Assembly (NCBI GenBank): GCA_963749205.1
Contig: CAVVLW010000011.1
Location: forward strand, 4,367 to 68,366
Origin: an uncultured Thermoplasmata archaeon
Lineage (GTDB): Archaea; Thermoplasmatota; Thermoplasmata; Lutacidiplasmatales; UBA184
Direction of reading: 5' to 3'
DNA length: 64,000 nucleotides
Position numbers and translations under genes: made by a program. Within the stretch, counting starts at the first letter, position 1. Every line of letters begins with the position of its first letter. Below, piece after piece: positions 41,851-50,829 of this stretch. A model generated the notes under the pieces. The model ran no database searches. It was not told where the DNA came from and worked only from the letters and a program-made list of their open reading frames with translations.

Positions 41851-42987
41851 CTATTGAAGGTCCGGCGATCGCGCTTGCTCCCGAATCCGCTCAGACGGAG
41901 GTCCGGGAAACTCGTCCAGCGAGACCTGCCGCTGGCGCCGTTCGGAGAGACGTTCGGTCTTTACCGACAGCGTCCGGACCGACCGACCCCGGGCCGACCG
42001 TTCGGCTTCCCAGAGCTCCCGGGCCAGACGGACCGCCGCCGCCTCGAGCGGCCCCGGGCCCTCCCGAGCGGCCCCGAGCGCGCGGCTCCGCTGAGACCTC
42101 GCGAAATCGCTCCACCGGTACGCGACCCCGACCGAGGCGTATCGAAGCTCTTCCTTCTCTAGGCTCCGCGCCAGCTCGGTCGCGAGCTCTCGCACCGCCG
42201 GTTCGATCTCTTCCCACCGGTCCACGTCGCGCGGAAAGGTGCGGTCAGTGGAGCGCGACCTCGGACCGGACTCCTCGTCGACGGGGTCTTTCCCCTCGCC
42301 CCGAGCCAACGCGACCCATTCACGGGCGAACGAACCGATCGTGGCGGGCGACGATCGAGGGCCGCTGGGCGGCGAGCTCTCCGATCGTCGCCACCCCCGC
42401 CGCACGGAACAGTTCCTCCGTCTTCGGCCCGACGCCCGGGATCGCCCGGACGGGCAGCGGCGCGAGGAACGCCGCCTCGGTGCCGGGAGCCACGACGAGG
42501 ACGCCCCCGGGCTTCGCCCGGTCGGTCGCGATCTTCGCCGACGGTACGGGTCGTCGCCACCCCGATCGACGCCGGCAGTCGAAGCTCGGCACGCAGTGCG
42601 CGCCTGGACTCGTTCCGCCACGTCGCGCGCTTCCTCGGGAGATTCGAGGTCGAACCCCAGCGCAGCCTCGTCGATGGAGAGAGGGACCAGGTCCTGCGAA
42701 AAACGGGCGAGGAGCGCACGCACCTCGGCGGCGACCCGACCGTACTTCGCGTGGTCCGGCGGGATCCAGACCGCCTCCGGGCAGAGCCGCGCCGCCTGGG
42801 CCGCCGGCTGCGCGCTATGGATGCCGAATTTCCGTGCCTCATAGCTCGCCGACAGGACGACGCCTCGGGTCGGGCCCCCGGTCTGGGGCGGTCCGACGAT
42901 CACCGGTTTGCCCACGAGGTCAGGTCGTTCTCGCAGCTCGCACGACACGTAGTACGCGTCCAGGTCGACGTACACCGTCCACCGCAT
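41851..42987 (-). CDS. dinB: Y-family DNA polymerase IV (DinB/Dbh); frame changes near 42300-42600
   Basis: MRWTVYVDLDAYYVSCELRERPDLVGKPVIVG...RGVVLSASYEARKFGIHSAQP...CPEAVWIPPD...PLSIDEAAL. Little-finger/thumb region ...LPVRAIPGVGPKTEELFRAAGVATIGELA is in ORF 42320..42592. Confidence 0.8.
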   Translation of the reverse strand: MRWTVYVDLDAYYVSCELRERPDLVGKPVIVGPPQTGGPTRGVVLSASYEARKFGIHSAQPAAQAARLCPEAVWIPPDHAKYGRVAAEVRALLARFSQDLVPLSIDEAALGFDLESPEEARDVAERVQARTACRASTAGVDRGGDDPYRRRRSRPTGRSPGASSSWLPAPRRRSSRRCPSGRSRASGRRRRNCSVRRGWRRSESSPPSGPRSSPATIGSFAREWVALARGEGKDPVDEESGPRSRSTDRTFPRDVDRWEEIEPAVRELATELARSLEKEELRYASVGVAYRWSDFARSQRSRALGAAREGPGPLEAAAVRLARELWEAERSARGRSVRTLSVKTERLSERRQRQVSLDEFPGPPSERIREQARSPDLQ

Positions 42988-42989
42988 GC

Positions 42990-43770
42990 GCAGACCTCTC
43001 GTCTCGCAGAGATGAGCTCGGCTTGGGGGTTTCTCTCGCGGGTCTACGCGCCGCCGAAGTCGACTGCCTTCGAGTCGACGATCAGGCCGGTCGGTCCGAT
43101 CGAGGTACGGCTGCACCGTCCGCGCATGGGCGGTCCTCCGCATCTTCAGGATCCGGAGGGAGAGACCCACCCGATGACCGTCCGGTCCCGTGCTGTATCC
43201 GAGGAGCAGCACCCCGTCCGAGACGTACTCCGAAAGCCCGTCCCGGCTGACCTCAGGGTGGAGGGGGTCGGCTTCCGCGGTGAGGACGGTGGTCGCTCCC
43301 GCCTGACGGCACGCACCCGCGAGCGCGAACAACGTCGCGCGCCGGCTGGGTTCGTCGTCGCTCAACATGTTCAGAAGAGAGACCGAATCGACGACGATCC
43401 GTTGCGCGCCGAGGCCGGCGAGTTCCTTGCCCAGCTCTCCCTGGACCCGATGCAGGCTCTGCCGGGTCTCCCGAGGGTCGAGCCGGACGACCTTGAGCAT
43501 CCCCTTTTCGACGGCGGCGTCGACCGGCCACCGGAACTGGCGGGCACTCTCGAGCAGCTGCGGGGTGTCTTCCTCGAGCGAGAGGAAGACGCCCTTCTCC
43601 CCGTTCGCGACCCCGGCAAGCAGGAATTGGAGGCCCAAACACGTTTTCCCGGTGCCGGGAAGTCCGGTGACGAGCACCACGTGGCCGCGAGGGAAACCCC
43701 CCCCGAGCATCTCGTCGAGACCGTCGATGCCCGTCGGCACCTTCGGGTGCGGCGGCTCAGACCCGCTCAT
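42990..43770 (-). CDS. KaiC-like RecA-superfamily ATPase, single domain; frame change near 43030-43100
   Basis: VPTGIDGLDEMLGGGFPRGHVVLVTGLPGTGKTCLGLQF (Walker A), Walker B ...IVVDSVSLL..., ...LSLRILKMRRTAH. The 3' boundary is approximate and abuts dinB. Confidence 0.7.
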
Positions 43771-44674
43771 ACTGCGTGGTCACCAACCCGTTCTTCGCAT
43801 TGACTCGGATGACGAACCGCCCCTGGTGCTCCGCGGGAAGGCGGGAAAGCACGGGCATGAATTTCTCGATGAGCATCGCGCGCTGCCGGTGCGAGTGGCT
43901 GGGGCTGGTCAGCCAGTTGAAGTGCAGCACCCCGTCCACCGAGTCCATCACGGCCTGTTCGACGGGCGGGGGCGCCACGCCCTCCGACAGGATCAGGTAG
44001 ACGAGCCCGCCCCATTCCTTCGCCCGTCGTCGGAGCCCCTTGACCAGCGTCAGCACGTCGGCCGCGTCCACCCCCCGCCGCACGAGCAGGTCGGTCAACG
44101 AGTCGACGATCACGAGATGGTTGTCGCCGCTCTCCTCGACCGCGTCGGCCAGGGCCCGCAGAGGGCCTTCGCTCGACGCCGCCCGGGCCGGAACGCCCGT
44201 GAGCAGCGAGTTCGAGACCGACGACCACGCCGACGGGACCGGAGTATCTGCGAAGTAGGCCGGCGAGATGTCCCGGAACGTGAGGTGTCGCCCGAGCACG
44301 CTCGGGTACGTCCCGTCGAACGCCCCGCGGAGTTCGCCCATTAGCTGTTCGCGGGAGCGACTGGTGCTGACGTAGACGACCGCGTCGGGGAAGACGAACG
44401 GCCCCTTCGCGTTCCCGAGGTAGAACTGGTGCAGGCGCGGGTCGTCGAATCGAAGCATGAGGTGGACCGCCGAGGTGAGGGCGAACTCCTGGTGACCCGC
44501 GCCCGCCGCACCGAAGAGGAGCACGACCGACCCCGCGGGAAGCCCGCCGGTCAGGTAGTCAAAGTCCGGAACCCCCGTCGGCACTCTCGCCGGCTGGTCG
44601 GACAGCTCGGGGGGACGGAACGGCCGCGAGCTGGTGCTCGGGAAGAGGAACGGGCGTGGTGACTCCGTCGCCAT
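43757..44674 (-). CDS. KaiC-like RecA-superfamily protein with degenerate Walker A (probable pseudo-ATPase partner)
   Basis: VPDFDYLTGGLPAGSVVLLFGAAGAGHQEFALT (GxxGxGHQ in place of GxxGxGKT), ...LVIVDSLTDLL..., C-terminal ...HRQRAMLIEKFMPVLSRLPAEHQGRFVIRVNAKNGL. 14-nt overlap with the downstream KaiC-like gene. Confidence 0.6.
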   Translation of the reverse strand: MATESPRPFLFPSTSSRPFRPPELSDQPARVPTGVPDFDYLTGGLPAGSVVLLFGAAGAGHQEFALTSAVHLMLRFDDPRLHQFYLGNAKGPFVFPDAVVYVSTSRSREQLMGELRGAFDGTYPSVLGRHLTFRDISPAYFADTPVPSAWSSVSNSLLTGVPARAASSEGPLRALADAVEESGDNHLVIVDSLTDLLVRRGVDAADVLTLVKGLRRRAKEWGGLVYLILSEGVAPPPVEQAVMDSVDGVLHFNWLTSPSHSHRQRAMLIEKFMPVLSRLPAEHQGRFVIRVNAKNGLVTTQYERV

Positions 44675-44739
44675 TGCGGAACCGCACCCGGGCGCATCGA
44701 GCCCGCGGCGAGGTATTAGTAGACTCGCCTCGACCCGTG

Positions 44740-46054
44740 CTACCCGGCCACGGGCTCGGCGCCGTTCTTCAGAAATTCGCGCAGTAGGACGGTCGCGTAC
44801 GCCCCTTTCGGGAGGGCAAATCGGAACCGGACCCCCTCGCCTTCCGCGACGATCGCGAGGGGAGGAGTGGGCACGAGGAGGGGCCTCCACGCACCGCGGC
44901 TCGCGACCTCAGGGGATGCGGGGACGCGGAACATCGATCGTTCCACCCCTTCGTCGCGGAGGATCCGATCGAGCTCCTCGCCCGGCACTCCGGCGCCGGG
45001 CGGGGTCTCGTAGCCGACCAACGGGCCGGCGACGAGCGCGCGTCCCCGGGCGACCAGCTCGCGGCATTCCGTGAGATTGTCCGACCCTACGGGGACGGAA
45101 TCGGTTCCTCGGATCGTTCCATCTCGCCCGATGCGCATGATACGGTCCCCCTCGGTCGGACGGTTCAAGGGAAGCTCCGCCGCATGACGGGCGTCGAGCC
45201 ACTTGTTGAAGACCAACGCCTGGAATGCGTGGACGAACAGCGTTCGCAGGTCGCGCGACAAGGCGCGGAACGCCCGCTCGGGTGGATGGCCGCGCGCGAG
45301 ATGCTCGAGGAGGCTGCGCTCGAACCGGTACTCCCGGGGGAACTCTCGCAACGCGCGCGCCGGGTCTCGATGCTCTCCGTACGCCCGGCGGGCCTCATCC
45401 CCGGCGCCGGGAATCCCGTCCTCGGGACGGTCGACCAGGTAAGCCTCGACCGCCCGGGCCAGGTCCCCCCGAACGACCCATCGGCCCACCTCGTGGGTGA
45501 TCGGCCGGACCTCCCCGAACCGTTGGGGGCCGAAGAAGTTCGGGACGCCGTCGCGAGTCCGGAGCTCCGTCTCGACCGATCGGAACGCGACGACGGCTTC
45601 CGTGGGCGAGCGCTCAAGCTCCCCGACCTTCACATCGAACACGTTGCCGTAGTGATGTCCGAGCACGAGGCCGTCTCGTGCGCGGTACGCTTCCAGCAGG
45701 GTGACGTCGTGGAGGTCGAGGTCGCCCGAGGGAAGGGTTCCCCGGTACGAAAACAGGCGTTCGGCGACCGCTCGTCGGTCCTTCGTCCCCGCCCACTGGA
45801 CCGAATGCGGAGGAAGGGACAAGCGCCGTGCGATCGCGGCGGCGAGTTCGTGCTGCTCCCAATCACGGCTCACCACCCGGAGGACAGACGAACGTGCCGG
45901 CCTCGTCCGGCAGCGGGTAGCTCGAGACTTCCGTCACCCGGAACTCCTCCGGGGTGATCTTTAGCCGCCCGGCCACGCCCGGGGATTCGGTGGCGTAGAA
46001 CTCGAGACCGATGTGTCGTTCTGCCGCCGGAGGCCGCCAGCGGTTATTCATCAC
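44740..46054 (-). CDS. truD: tRNA pseudouridine synthase TruD/Pus7 family; frame change near 45870
   Basis: N-terminus ...IGLEFYATESPGVAGRLKITPEEFRVTE (ORF 45863..46054), then ...SVQWAGTKDRRAVAERLFSY... (catalytic Asp region) and the C-terminal TRUD domain (ORF 44740..45876). Confidence 0.75.
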
Positions 46055-46114
46055 GGTCGCGCACTCAGGCCATGATTAATAGAAGGGGGGATGGTCCGCC
46101 CGGGGGAAGCGCCG

Positions 46115-46594
46115 ATGATCAAGGCGACCGCCCGCGTGCTCAAGAACGTCATCGAGATCGAGGTAGGCGACATCGTCTGGGACTGCCGTCCGGTCCAAGC
46201 GAGCCAGGAAGGGTTCGGGAGCCGGATCGCCGCCCTCTTCTCCCAGGACTATCACACCTTCGTCCCTCCCCGCTCCGAGGAAGTGCACTCCACGGTAACG
46301 TACCACCGGAAAAAGGACGAGATCCGGATCCACGTCGGCGACCAGACCTGGCGAACGGTCTCCACCACGTTCGGGCCGATGACGATCGATTACAACGGGG
46401 TGAAGTATACCATCAACGAGCGGCTCACGGGACGGTTCGCGATCCTGCGCGGGAGCGACCCCATGGGCGTGGGCCAGCTCGGGTTCCGGTCGTGCACGAT
46501 CGAGGAGTACCCGCCCGAGCTCGAGCCGTTTTTCGCCAACCTTGCGCTCGGTTACGTCATTCGGACCCTGGCGTGGGAAATGATCTTCGCGTGA
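46115..46594 (+). CDS. hypothetical protein (no recognised family)
   Basis: 160 aa, clean ORF, not arginine-biased: MIKATARVLKNVIEIEVGDIVWDCRPVQ...GVKYTINERLTGRFAILRGSDPMGVGQLGFRSCTIEEYPPELEPFFANLALGYVIRTLAWEMIFA. Confidence 0.4.
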   Translation: MIKATARVLKNVIEIEVGDIVWDCRPVQASQEGFGSRIAALFSQDYHTFVPPRSEEVHSTVTYHRKKDEIRIHVGDQTWRTVSTTFGPMTIDYNGVKYTINERLTGRFAILRGSDPMGVGQLGFRSCTIEEYPPELEPFFANLALGYVIRTLAWEMIFA

Positions 46595-46600
46595 CCCCGT

Positions 46601-48007
46601 TCATCGCCACTGGCGCGGAGGCTTCGGGGGAGGCGGCACCGTGGCCCGTGTGCTACGCGCGAGAGGGTGATGGTGGGCGGCGGAGTGGGGGATCTGGAAC
46701 ATATGGTAGGGGATCGGGAGCAGCAGGAGTCCACCGGCGATCACGGTGAATGCCCCGATCGAGTAGGCTAGGTGCACCCCGTACGTCGCGTAGAGCCACC
46801 CCCCCAGGAGGGTCCCGATGAGTCCCCCGGCCCCCGCGACCGCACTGTAGAGCCCGAGCGCTCGCCCCCGCGACGAACGTCCGACGAGTCGGACGAGGAA
46901 CAGCGTACTCGCCGTGCTGATGAACGCCCAGCTCACTCCCAGAAGGGCGTTGAGGAGGGTCAGCCAACCGAGGAGCGCGGGGCTGCCGAGGCCGAACAGG
47001 ATGTAGAGGGGCCCCCAGAGAAAGAGCAGCATCAGGAGGACGCGTGCCCCGAGGGACTCGAGGAACACTCCCTTCGGGGAGTGCTTGTCGACCGCCTTCC
47101 CGGAGTGGATGAAGAGCGCGGTGGACGCCGCCGCCGCCCCGAGGTACACGATGAAGATCCCGGCGTCGGTGAATTTCGCGTCCTGCCAGAGGAAAACCGG
47201 AAACGGTCCGTAGAAGATGTCGAACCCGACGCTCATCACCCCCAGGGCCACGAGGAAGAGGTACTCCTTCCCGGGGAGCTTCTCCGCGCTGGAGCGAGTG
47301 AGGTCGATCACCCCGACCACCCGGCTTCGCAGCTGGCGGACCCGTTCGTTGACGCTCCGGTGAAGATGCATCAGGTCGGACACGCTTCGGCGCTCGATCC
47401 GGCCGTTTGGCTCCTGGATCCAGGCCCAGGCGATCCCCGCCGAGAGGAGCGCGAGTCCCCCCGAGAGGATGAGCAGGGCCGTCATCCCCTGGATCACGCT
47501 CTGGTTCACGCCCACGACGAACAGCCAGACGAATCCGAGCGCGAGGCCAACCGTCGTACCGAGGCCCGAGATCAGCCCGAAGAGACCGATGTCGGTCGGC
47601 CACCAGCGCTTGTGGCGGGTCTCGAGCAGGAGCATCGTCCCGATCGGGGCGCTCGCGGCCGACGCGAGCCCCTCGACGATGTTCAGCCAGAAGTACGTGA
47701 GTATGTTCTGAGCGAGCGCGATCGCGATGATCGCGGCGCCAGTAGCGAGGAACGAGCCGACGAGGAAGTACTTGCGGTGCGCCACCCGGTCGGAGAGGTT
47801 TCCCCAGAGGATCGTGAACGGCACCTGACTCATGGCCGAGGCGGCGATGATGATCGTGACCGCGAACGGGGAGGCGTAGAACTTCTGGAGCGCGAGGAGC
47901 GGGATCAGGGGCGCGGCGATCCCGTCCGAGATCGCGAGCGGCAAGTACGCGAGGAACCAGAGGTCATTGGTCGACGGCCGAATCTTCGCGTGGGCCTTGA
48001 TGTCCAT
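46601..48007 (-). CDS. MFS transporter (12 TM)
   Basis: 468 aa, 12 TM helices; the antisense ORF 46772..48013 is spurious. Confidence 0.7.
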   Translation of the reverse strand: MDIKAHAKIRPSTNDLWFLAYLPLAISDGIAAPLIPLLALQKFYASPFAVTIIIAASAMSQVPFTILWGNLSDRVAHRKYFLVGSFLATGAAIIAIALAQNILTYFWLNIVEGLASAASAPIGTMLLLETRHKRWWPTDIGLFGLISGLGTTVGLALGFVWLFVVGVNQSVIQGMTALLILSGGLALLSAGIAWAWIQEPNGRIERRSVSDLMHLHRSVNERVRQLRSRVVGVIDLTRSSAEKLPGKEYLFLVALGVMSVGFDIFYGPFPVFLWQDAKFTDAGIFIVYLGAAAASTALFIHSGKAVDKHSPKGVFLESLGARVLLMLLFLWGPLYILFGLGSPALLGWLTLLNALLGVSWAFISTASTLFLVRLVGRSSRGRALGLYSAVAGAGGLIGTLLGGWLYATYGVHLAYSIGAFTVIAGGLLLLPIPYHMFQIPHSAAHHHPLARSTRATVPPPPKPPRQWR

Positions 48008-48133
48008 GGATGAGCGGCGAGCACCCCGGGGTAGGGGGAAGATTCCAGGGGTCGGACGATAAAGGCGGCGTTCTTATGGAACCCCCGGCGAGCCGGAGCT
48101 CGCTCGGTCCGACAGGGACCGGCGCTCGCCCGC

Positions 48134-48714
48134 CTACTTCGCGGAGACCCTGAGCTCCGCGAGGAGTTCGCGATGTTCCTTCGCAGAGATCCACTCGACC
48201 TTGAGGTACTCCCGGATGAAATCGTCCGCCACGCCGAGCGAGCGCGCCTCCTCGACGACGAAACGGTACGCTTCGACTTCGGTCCATCGCTTGACGTAAC
48301 TGACGCCGGGTTCCCAGAGGTTCGCGCCGCCCTGGCGTTGTCGCACGTGGCAGAGTTCATGGTAGATATCCATGAACAGCATCACCGCGGGGCTGTCGCG
48401 CAGGTGGCCCTTTCCGACCACGATACAATCGGACCCGGGGAGACGACCGGTTTCCATCGGCCGCGGAACGACTCGGGAATGTCGTGCGGGGCAACGTACA
48501 TCCACATGTCCGCATCGACGACCTCGACGCAGGTATCCTCGAAGAGTCGTTCTCGCTTCACCGGGTCGGGTTCGAGCCGCTTGGCCGGAGCCAACTGGTC
48601 GAGTCCGGGAAACACCGCGAGGAGTGGATGCCGCCCCGGCGGCATGTCGCGCGAGACACGAAATCCCGGAGGGTCGTCGGATTTCTTGGGTCGCTTCTTC
48701 GGGGCGGTGGGCAT
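48134..48714 (-). CDS. HExxH-motif putative zinc metallohydrolase (about 190 aa, YgjP/SprT-like guess); frame change near 48400-48480
   Basis: MPTAPKKRPKKSDDPPGF...VVDADMWMYVAPHDIPES (one frame) then ...MLFMDIYHELCHVRQRQGGANLWEPGVSYVKRW...EYLKVEWISAKEHRELLAELRVSAK (other frame). Confidence 0.45.
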
Positions 48715-48735
48715 CGACGGAAGGCGAGAACGGCC

Positions 48736-48746
48736 GATAGATAAAG
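48736..48746. promoter_or_regulatory. palindromic TATA-like element GATAGATAAAG shared by divergent genes
   Basis: Only AT-rich block in the 72-bp spacer between the starts at 48714 (minus) and 48787 (plus). Reads CTTTATCTATC on the other strand. Confidence 0.35.
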
Positions 48747-48786
48747 GGCACGGAATATCTCGCGGGACCCCGCTATCGCTTTTCCC

Positions 48787-49764
48787 GTGGACGACCTGCC
48801 GGCGTCCATGACGGCCCGGGCTCGTACGCTCACCCTCGTGCGAGGGCTCCGCGTCGGTCAGGTCGAGACGCCCGACGGGGCGAGCGGCGTGTCGGCCATT
48901 CTCTTCGACACACCGGCCCCGACGGTGGTCGATGTTCGCGGTGGGGCCTCGGCGACGTACGACACGGCGTCGCTCTCCCTGGATTCGACCTTCGGCCGCC
49001 GCTGGGCGATATTCTTCTCGGGCGGAAGCCTCTACGGACTCGATGCCGCCCGCGGGATTCGGACCCGCATCCTCGAGACCGGCGGTGGGCACCGGGCGTT
49101 CCGGAACCCTAACCCGGTCGTCCCGATCTCGGGCGCCGCCCTGTTCGACCTCCCGCGAAGGCGGGAGGGGCTTCCCGACTACCTGCCGCTGGGCTACGAG
49201 GCCGCCCGTCGGGCAAACCGTGGCCCCGTCGCCGTCGGAGCCGTGGGGGCGGGAGCCGGCGCGACGGTCGGAAAGTATCGGGGTCGCGCACGCGCGATGC
49301 ACGGAGGAGTGGGAAGCGCGGCCGCTCGACGCCGCGGTCTCGGTACGGTCGGTGTCATGGTGGTGGTCAACTCGGTCGGGGCGGTCCGTGACCCTGCCTC
49401 GGGGTCGTGGATCGCCGGTGCTCGAGGAGCCGGCGGCCGCGTCGTTCCTCCGGACCGACCGCGTAGCGGACGGGACTCCATCGCCGGAACTACACTCGGG
49501 ATCGTCGTGACGGACCTTGCGGTCGACCGACCCGCCCTCGCGCGCGTCGCCTCCATCGTCCACGCGGGGCTGTCCTCCGTCATTCGGCCGTTCCATAGTT
49601 CGACCGACGGGGACATTCTCTTCGTCGCCGCGACCGGGGTCGCCCAACCGGGGCGCGCCGAATCCCGACCGGGCGAGCTCGCCGACCGCCTCGGGATGTG
49701 GGCCGCTGAGCTCGCGGTGGAGGCCGTCCTGACTGCGATCCGGACCGCCAACCCGACCGACTGA
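48787..49764 (+). CDS. DmpA/L-aminopeptidase (peptidase S58, Ntn-hydrolase) family protein
   Basis: ...RVGQVETPDGASGVSAILFD...GGASATYDTASLS... and the C-terminal autoproteolytic region ...GTTLGIVVTDLAVD..., characteristic of the DmpA/OAT family. Confidence 0.65.
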   Translation: MDDLPASMTARARTLTLVRGLRVGQVETPDGASGVSAILFDTPAPTVVDVRGGASATYDTASLSLDSTFGRRWAIFFSGGSLYGLDAARGIRTRILETGGGHRAFRNPNPVVPISGAALFDLPRRREGLPDYLPLGYEAARRANRGPVAVGAVGAGAGATVGKYRGRARAMHGGVGSAAARRRGLGTVGVMVVVNSVGAVRDPASGSWIAGARGAGGRVVPPDRPRSGRDSIAGTTLGIVVTDLAVDRPALARVASIVHAGLSSVIRPFHSSTDGDILFVAATGVAQPGRAESRPGELADRLGMWAAELAVEAVLTAIRTANPTD

Positions 49765-49766
49765 GT

Positions 49767-50345
49767 TCAACCGGCCGGGGCTCTACGGAGGGGCGTCCCG
49801 CGCAATCCCCGGATCAGGTCGGCTTTGGTGACGATCCCTTGCAGGTCTCCTTTCCGTGCGACGAGGACGGCGGGATACCTCCCCAATAGCCCCGGCAAGA
49901 GGTCGGCGGGAAATCCTTCATCCACGACCGGATACGCGGGTTCCAGCACGTCCCGCACCCGGCCCCGCCGGGACGAGGGTTGGCCGAGCGCGCGAAGGAG
50001 CGCCGATTCCGAAAGGGAGCCGACGACCTTCCCTCCGTCGACGACGGGCAACTGGGAGAACGCGCCGCCTTCGAGGCGTTGGGCGGCGGTGGCCAGTGTC
50101 GCGGACGACTCGATCGTGACGAGCGCGCGATTCATCAGTTCGCCGACGGTGAGCCGCGGGGCGGCGAACCCCTCCTGGGCTTCCAAGTACGAGAGGATGT
50201 GCTGGACGAGGTCGTAGGAGGGCCGGATGCGGCCCCTTTCGATCCGTGAGAGGGTCGCGTCGCTGCGTCCCACGGCTCGCGCCAGCTCCCCAAGGGAGAT
50301 CCCGAGCGCGACGCGACGTTTACGGATCTCAGTGAAGGTGTCCAT
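49767..50345 (-). CDS. XRE-family HTH transcriptional regulator fused to a CBS pair
   Basis: MDTFTEIRKRRVALGISLGELARAVGRSDATLSRIERG (HTH_3) followed by two CBS motifs. The upstream ORF extension is judged non-coding. Confidence 0.7.
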   Translation of the reverse strand: MDTFTEIRKRRVALGISLGELARAVGRSDATLSRIERGRIRPSYDLVQHILSYLEAQEGFAAPRLTVGELMNRALVTIESSATLATAAQRLEGGAFSQLPVVDGGKVVGSLSESALLRALGQPSSRRGRVRDVLEPAYPVVDEGFPADLLPGLLGRYPAVLVARKGDLQGIVTKADLIRGLRGTPLRRAPAG

Positions 50346-50459
50346 CCGGGCTCGGACAATACGGCCGCCCGAGGTTATGGCGCTTCGGGCGTCCGGCAGA
50401 ACTGCTTCCGGCGCGCCCGAAAGGTAAAGGAGACGGAACGCGTTCCCTCGACCTGAGCG

Positions 50460-50720
50460 ATGGACGCCCCGTCCCGGCGCATTTCGTGGATCAGCCCGCC
50501 CCCCGAGATCTGCACGCTCTGCAAGGAGCCCCTCGGGCACCCGGAAGAGACGAGCTCGTGGAACGGAAGTCCCGCGCACCGAGACTGCGTCCGGGTCCAT
50601 CTCCTCCAGCGTGACCCGGCGTTCCGGGAGACTACGGAGGGATCAGAACCGAGCGACGACATCGGCGATTCGATCGATGGCGTCCTTCCCCGCGACGACG
50701 ACGAGACAGACTTCGAGTGA
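50460..50720 (+). CDS. small acidic protein with putative Cys2-His-Cys zinc ribbon (hypothetical)
   Basis: 86 aa: ...CTLCKEPLGHPEETSSWNGSPAHRDC... then DDETDFE tail. Lies between the regulator and the radical SAM gene. Confidence 0.25.
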   Translation: MDAPSRRISWISPPPEICTLCKEPLGHPEETSSWNGSPAHRDCVRVHLLQRDPAFRETTEGSEPSDDIGDSIDGVLPRDDDETDFE

Positions 50721-50829
50721 CCGGGGGATCTGTCTCGCTGGCGAAGACCCGTCCGCTCGCTTGCAACGCTTAAGAAGGGGGCCTTCGTGGCCGTCCTCAG
50801 CCACCGCGGCTTGCGTTCAGGGAGACCCC

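Noticed and set aside
41851-43770. 639-aa minus-strand ORF as a single protein
   Set aside because: It is a read-through of two genes (KaiC-like ATPase, then DinB starting at MRWTVYVDLD), joined by frame-shifted filler.
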